This document shows, in pieces, positions 26,402 to 30,293 of a stretch of 30,293 bases of DNA. Under the pieces are notes generated by a model. The model was given only the letters and a program-made list of their open reading frames with translations, had not been told where the DNA came from and did not search any database. Position 1 is the first letter of the stretch, and the number at the start of each line of letters is the position of its first letter. The position numbers and the translations under genes were made by a program. This stretch comes from Silvanigrellaceae bacterium (GTDB taxonomy: Bacteria > Bdellovibrionota_B > Oligoflexia > Silvanigrellales > Silvanigrellaceae), in NCBI GenBank assembly GCA_049423385.1, contig JBMSQQ010000041.1, positions 1 to 30,293 on the forward strand, read 5' to 3'.

Positions 26402-27064
26402 ATGCTGAAGCAGATGGTTCTGTTTGTTGGCTTTGGGCTGAGTGCTTGTTCTTATTTTGGCAAGTCTCCCTCATCAAATCGTGTTGGTAAACCCATGTCG
26501 CCAACAGATGAAACCACTGTGCAGGATCCCAATTCCATGGATGCGGGTCCAGATGCATCAAGCGATTGCCTGTTTGCATTGAGCGGTACTTTTGTGGGGT
26601 ACGGTGATTACGGCGATGTGTTTCCGAAAACTTTGAGTGGAAACAGCCCGACACACCGGGAAAGCTTCGACAAGGTGGGTGGTGTGTTTCTCGCAGCGCG
26701 CGAACGTCCATATGTTTATGGTCAGGGCAACAAGGAAATCGACAAAGCCGTTGATTTTGGATTTGAAGGGATCGTTGTGCCGGCCGGCATGTCTCTTGAA
26801 ATTCGCTCCGGCGAAAATCAGGAGGTCATTTACTCGGGCAAAGGTCCCCTTGTCGCAATTGAAGGAAGCAGTGTTGGCACGGGTGTGGGAACGCCAACAA
26901 ATTATCAATACAAGTTTGATTCTGGAAAATTGAGTCACTGGCCGCAGTGGATGACGAGTTATCTTTCATCCACGGGTGGAAAGGTTGAGACCATTAAAAT
27001 TCGCTCTGCCAGATGGGTCAAGGTGTCGCCAATTGCGGGCGAGACTTGTGGGCCGATGAACTAG
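26402..27064 (+). CDS. Hypothetical lipoprotein
   Basis: GGGAG RBS before ATG 26402. MLKQMVLFVGFGLSAC lipobox, S/P/D tether and a beta-rich domain bracketed by two Cys. Confidence 0.7.
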   Translation: MLKQMVLFVGFGLSACSYFGKSPSSNRVGKPMSPTDETTVQDPNSMDAGPDASSDCLFALSGTFVGYGDYGDVFPKTLSGNSPTHRESFDKVGGVFLAARERPYVYGQGNKEIDKAVDFGFEGIVVPAGMSLEIRSGENQEVIYSGKGPLVAIEGSSVGTGVGTPTNYQYKFDSGKLSHWPQWMTSYLSSTGGKVETIKIRSARWVKVSPIAGETCGPMN

Positions 27065-27110
27065 TGGGCTCTGCGTCATTTGACTTTTCACGCGGGTGAC
27101 TGCGTACGCA

Positions 27111-28376
27111 TCAATGACGTACGTAGTCACCCAGTCTTTTTTCAATCTTGCCAACGCCACCCAGCGAATACATTTTGGGAAGGTCTCCCACCAAAGGGAG
27201 AATGTATTCGAAAAAGGCGTTGGTCACGCCATTGCCTGCTGCATTGATCATGTGGGCCGGAACCCGCTTGGTTTTCTGCGCGACCAATGCAAGATCCGTC
27301 AGTCCGGGCATGCTCGAGTAGGGAGAATCCGACACGCGTTGGATGATCACGGTTTTGTCGGTTTCGCCGCGCATCATGAAATCCACAGCCGCCACACCCA
27401 CTTCAAAAGCTTCTTGTTTGTCGACCTCCGAGACCATCCCTGGAAGCGAACGTTGCAGATATCCCCAGGTGTCGGAACGGACGCGCAGTTTTCCAAGATG
27501 AGAATGAACCAGCACTTGTTTTTCGATGATCTTTGCAAGGTGGTCGCCAAGTTTTCCCGAACCCGAAAGTTGGGCGTTGCCGAATTCGTCTTTCTCGCCG
27601 GCAAAGCGAGAGTTTTTGAGTTGGTCGGCAATTCCTTCGGCAACCACAACTGTCGCGCGACCAAGTCGATCATAAGTCGACTGAACATCATTGATAAACT
27701 GTTCTTCGCTGAACTTGTGTTCTGGCATATAGATAAGGTGCGGGCCACAGTTTTCCGGATCCTCGTTTTCTACACAGCGGCGGGCCAGTGCGCTGGCCGC
27801 GGCAATCCAGCCGGCGTGTCGGCCCATGCAGATGTTGATCTTGATGCCATTGTAAAAGCTGCGGTTGTCGAGATCATCGCCCAACAGGATGTGCGTAGCC
27901 ACTCGCGCTACACTTCCATAACCGGGGCAATGGTCTGTTTCCATGAGGTCGTTGTCGATCGTCTTGGGCACATGAAGAATATGGAGATCATGCTTGCGCT
28001 GGTTGGCCTCGCTGCGAATCAGTTGCGCAGCTTCTGCAGAGTCGTTGCCGCCAATGTAAAAGACGTAGCGAATGTTGTGCTCGCGAAAGACGTCGAACAA
28101 CCTGTCGAGATCTTCACTTTTGGGTTTCATGCGCGCCGAACCCAATGCCGCACCGGGTGTGTGAGCGAGACCATTGAGGACCTGTTCGGAAAGTGACCCC
28201 AAATCGAGAAGATTTTCGTAGAGCAGTCCGTGCAATCCGTGAAAAGCACCGAAGACTGTTTTGATGTGCCTCGCATGCTGACGTGCAGAGGTCAGGATTC
28301 CAGCCAGGGTTTGATTGATGACAGCTGTTGGACCACCCGATTGGAGAACGAGGGCATTGGCTTTGGCGTGTGACAC
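27111..28376 (-). CDS. pfp: Pyrophosphate-dependent 6-phosphofructokinase (PfkA family)
   Basis: Motifs QSGGPTAVIN, IGGNDS (Asp at the donor-specificity site), PKTIDND (Lys) and MGRHAGW. GTG start after GGAGGAG. Confidence 0.85.
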   Translation of the reverse strand: MSHAKANALVLQSGGPTAVINQTLAGILTSARQHARHIKTVFGAFHGLHGLLYENLLDLGSLSEQVLNGLAHTPGAALGSARMKPKSEDLDRLFDVFREHNIRYVFYIGGNDSAEAAQLIRSEANQRKHDLHILHVPKTIDNDLMETDHCPGYGSVARVATHILLGDDLDNRSFYNGIKINICMGRHAGWIAAASALARRCVENEDPENCGPHLIYMPEHKFSEEQFINDVQSTYDRLGRATVVVAEGIADQLKNSRFAGEKDEFGNAQLSGSGKLGDHLAKIIEKQVLVHSHLGKLRVRSDTWGYLQRSLPGMVSEVDKQEAFEVGVAAVDFMMRGETDKTVIIQRVSDSPYSSMPGLTDLALVAQKTKRVPAHMINAAGNGVTNAFFEYILPLVGDLPKMYSLGGVGKIEKRLGDYVRH

Positions 28377-28454
28377 GGTGCGGGCTCCTCCATTGTTTGG
28401 GACCGGCGCATCGATGCTTCGACCCGACCCGATGGAGGCTGCAACCAGACATTT

Positions 28455-29732
28455 TTAATGGCTGTTGCGCCAGATTCCCTCGAGTCGCTCGGCTCCTGTG
28501 GAGACATACACCACTGGAATTCCAAGTGTTTTCTCGATGCGCTGAACGAACCGTTCGAGAGATTCGTCTAATGTATTTTTTACACCTATCACACGTTCCC
28601 AACCTTCTTCAAATTCCAGGACCGGTTCGATGTTTTCCCACGCGACGGCAGTCATCGGCCATCCTGTCATCAGTTGTCCGGTGCGCTTGTCTTTGTAAGC
28701 AGTGACCAATCCGATGTGGTCCAATCCACACAAAACATCCGATTTCATCAGAGCAATACCGGTGTAACCGTTCACACAACTCATGTAGCGAAGTGCAACA
28801 AGATCGAGCCAACCGATGCGGCGCGAACGACCGGTTGTTGAACCGAACTCGTGTCCGCGTTCGCGAATACTGTCCTCAAGTGCACCCGACAATTCACCAG
28901 GAAAAGGTCCGTGACCCACGCGTGTGCTGTACGATTTTGCCACGCCGATGATGTTGGCCACCTTCGTGGGGGGCATGCCGATTCCACCTGGGCAGGCGCC
29001 CGAAATCAGGTTGCTTGAAGTCACATAAGGATAGGTGCCGTAGGAAACGTCGAGCAACCCGCCTTGCGCTCCTTCAATCATCACCCGAGCGTTGTCGTTC
29101 AAGCGATTGTGGACGATCATGGCGACGTCCTTGAGGTAGGGGCGCAAAAATTGGCAAGCCTCGATGAGCTCGCTGAGCACCTCTGGCGACATTCCCTCGG
29201 CGAGTGGATGACCGCTTTGGGCAAAGCTTTCGAGGAATCCGGGAGTCACGCAATCCGCCAGCCGAGGCGCATCGCGTTGTGCTCGGCTGGCGTAGGCAGG
29301 ACCAATGCCGCGGCCGGTGGTGCCAATCGCCGAACCTGTTTGACTGCGTTCGAATTCACGCTTGAGGTCTTGAGCCTTGTGCGCCGGCAGAATTGCAGTC
29401 GCACGGAAGTCGATGTGCACGCGCTCGGGAGCGAGGTCGAAACCTTGTTCCTTGAGGCGGAGGATTTCGTCGCGCAGCACCATTGGGTCAACCACAACAC
29501 CAGCACCAATCGCCACTTCGCATTGTGGATGCAAAACCCCTGAGGGAAGCAGATGGGTGACAACCTTGCGACCACTGACCCAAATCGTGTGACCGGCGTT
29601 GTTGCCGCCCTGCACGCGGCAGACAAGATCGGCGTCCTGGGCAATGAGGTCAACGAATTTTCCCTTGCCTTCGTCGCCGAACTGGGAACCAAGAATACAG
29701 GTGGCCTTGCCTGGGGTGAGCAGTGAAAGCAT
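28455..29732 (-). CDS. purA: Adenylosuccinate synthetase
   Basis: Motifs QFGDEGKGK, QGGNNAGHT, IGTTGRGIGPAY, EGAQG, GTYPYVTSS, TRVG.GPFP and TTGR.RRIGWLD. AAGGAG RBS. Confidence 0.97.
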   Translation of the reverse strand: MLSLLTPGKATCILGSQFGDEGKGKFVDLIAQDADLVCRVQGGNNAGHTIWVSGRKVVTHLLPSGVLHPQCEVAIGAGVVVDPMVLRDEILRLKEQGFDLAPERVHIDFRATAILPAHKAQDLKREFERSQTGSAIGTTGRGIGPAYASRAQRDAPRLADCVTPGFLESFAQSGHPLAEGMSPEVLSELIEACQFLRPYLKDVAMIVHNRLNDNARVMIEGAQGGLLDVSYGTYPYVTSSNLISGACPGGIGMPPTKVANIIGVAKSYSTRVGHGPFPGELSGALEDSIRERGHEFGSTTGRSRRIGWLDLVALRYMSCVNGYTGIALMKSDVLCGLDHIGLVTAYKDKRTGQLMTGWPMTAVAWENIEPVLEFEEGWERVIGVKNTLDESLERFVQRIEKTLGIPVVYVSTGAERLEGIWRNSH

Positions 29733-29751
29733 GGGCGGACTCCTTCAGGGT

Positions 29752-29807
29752 AAAAGCAAACGCCGCAAGGTAGCTTACCCGGAGTGGGTGGGCAACCGTG
29801 CGGCGTT
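29752..29807 (-). terminator. Long inverted repeat with U-rich tail between the upstream gene and purA (terminator or attenuator candidate)
   Basis: AACGCCGCA (29759-29767) pairs with TGCGGCGTT (29799-29807), with further inner pairing. On the minus strand it is followed by TGCTTTT. Confidence 0.45.
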
Positions 29808-29845
29808 CAAGACCCGAGGGTCCTCGACCTCAAATGGGGCCGAAA

Positions 29846-30293
29846 TCAGTCCATGTCACACTTGGCGACAACGCATGTTGGGCAATCTTCTGCAGCAGCG
29901 TCACCCAGCTTCATGCTGATGCCGCTGGGGTAGGTTGCAGAATCTGCGCCGAAGTCGATGGTGTAGGCCTTGACCGTTTGGCCTGCCTTTTGTGTTTCGC
30001 CCGAGATGGTTCCGCTGACGGGCGTGCACTTGTTGTCGTTGGTGGTGGCAAAGTCGTATTTGACGTTGTTGAAGGTTGTTGTGACCACAACGGTGTCCGC
30101 GGTGACTTCGGCCTTGATGACGCCTGCCGTGATCAGCTTGGATTTCAGCTCACCAGTGGTGGTGTCGCGTGTGACCTGAACCGTCATGGGGGTTGTCATG
30201 CTCATCTTCTTGATGCGCTCAACCGTTCCGCCCGTCGGCTTGGTGATTGTCATCGTGCGGGTCACGTCGGTGGAGATGGTTTTTTGATATGTG
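29846..30293 (-). CDS. Hypothetical Thr-rich beta-strand protein (5' partial), probably exported
   Basis: The frame is open to the window edge (TYQKTISTDVTRTM...). Thr/Lys/Val-rich alternating strands and four Cys in the visible part (NKCTP, CPTC, AKCD). Confidence 0.65.
   Translation of the reverse strand, partial: TYQKTISTDVTRTMTITKPTGGTVERIKKMSMTTPMTVQVTRDTTTGELKSKLITAGVIKAEVTADTVVVTTTFNNVKYDFATTNDNKCTPVSGTISGETQKAGQTVKAYTIDFGADSATYPSGISMKLGDAAAEDCPTCVVAKCDMD

Noticed and set aside
27096..28196. 366-aa ORF on the + strand
   Set aside because: It is an antisense shadow of pfp with no motifs, RBS or plausible composition.
1..30293. CRISPR arrays, tRNA/rRNA genes, IS elements, prophage
   Set aside because: I saw no spaced direct repeats, cloverleaf or rRNA signatures, transposases or integrases. 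Intergenic spaces are all under about 200 bp.

Overview
This is a gene-dense chromosomal window from a diderm bacterium. The gene set suggests Bdellovibrionota/Oligoflexia (mreC-mreD-mrdA-rodA without mreB, uppS-rseP without dxr, many orphan lipoproteins, a CFI-box protein); the taxonomy is inference only. Housekeeping genes: dtd (partial), a PhoR-like kinase and PhoB-like regulator, a stand-alone nuoB, NAD(H) kinase, PpiD-like PPIase, mreC-mreD-mrdA-rodA-cytochrome c-ruvC, hisS, uppS-rseP-tsaB-like-pssA-asd, PPi-type phosphofructokinase and purA. Accessory genes are interspersed: a coiled-coil lipoprotein, a class 3 lipase lipoprotein, a lipoprotein/FN3/CFI-box/beta-barrel fusion, an 88-aa orphan, a winged-helix protein, a GHL10+SH3b-like lipoprotein and two more unknowns. 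The most notable unannotated signals are: (1) five sigma28/FliA-like promoter motifs, seen only in front of non-flagellar accessory genes (mostly exported lipoproteins/hydrolases), including a back-to-back pair; (2) a fusion protein with an internal CFI-box followed by a probable outer-membrane beta-barrel; (3) structured leaders upstream of purA and pfp. I saw no rRNA, tRNA, CRISPR array or mobile element. All calls come from motif recognition by eye; no searches were run.
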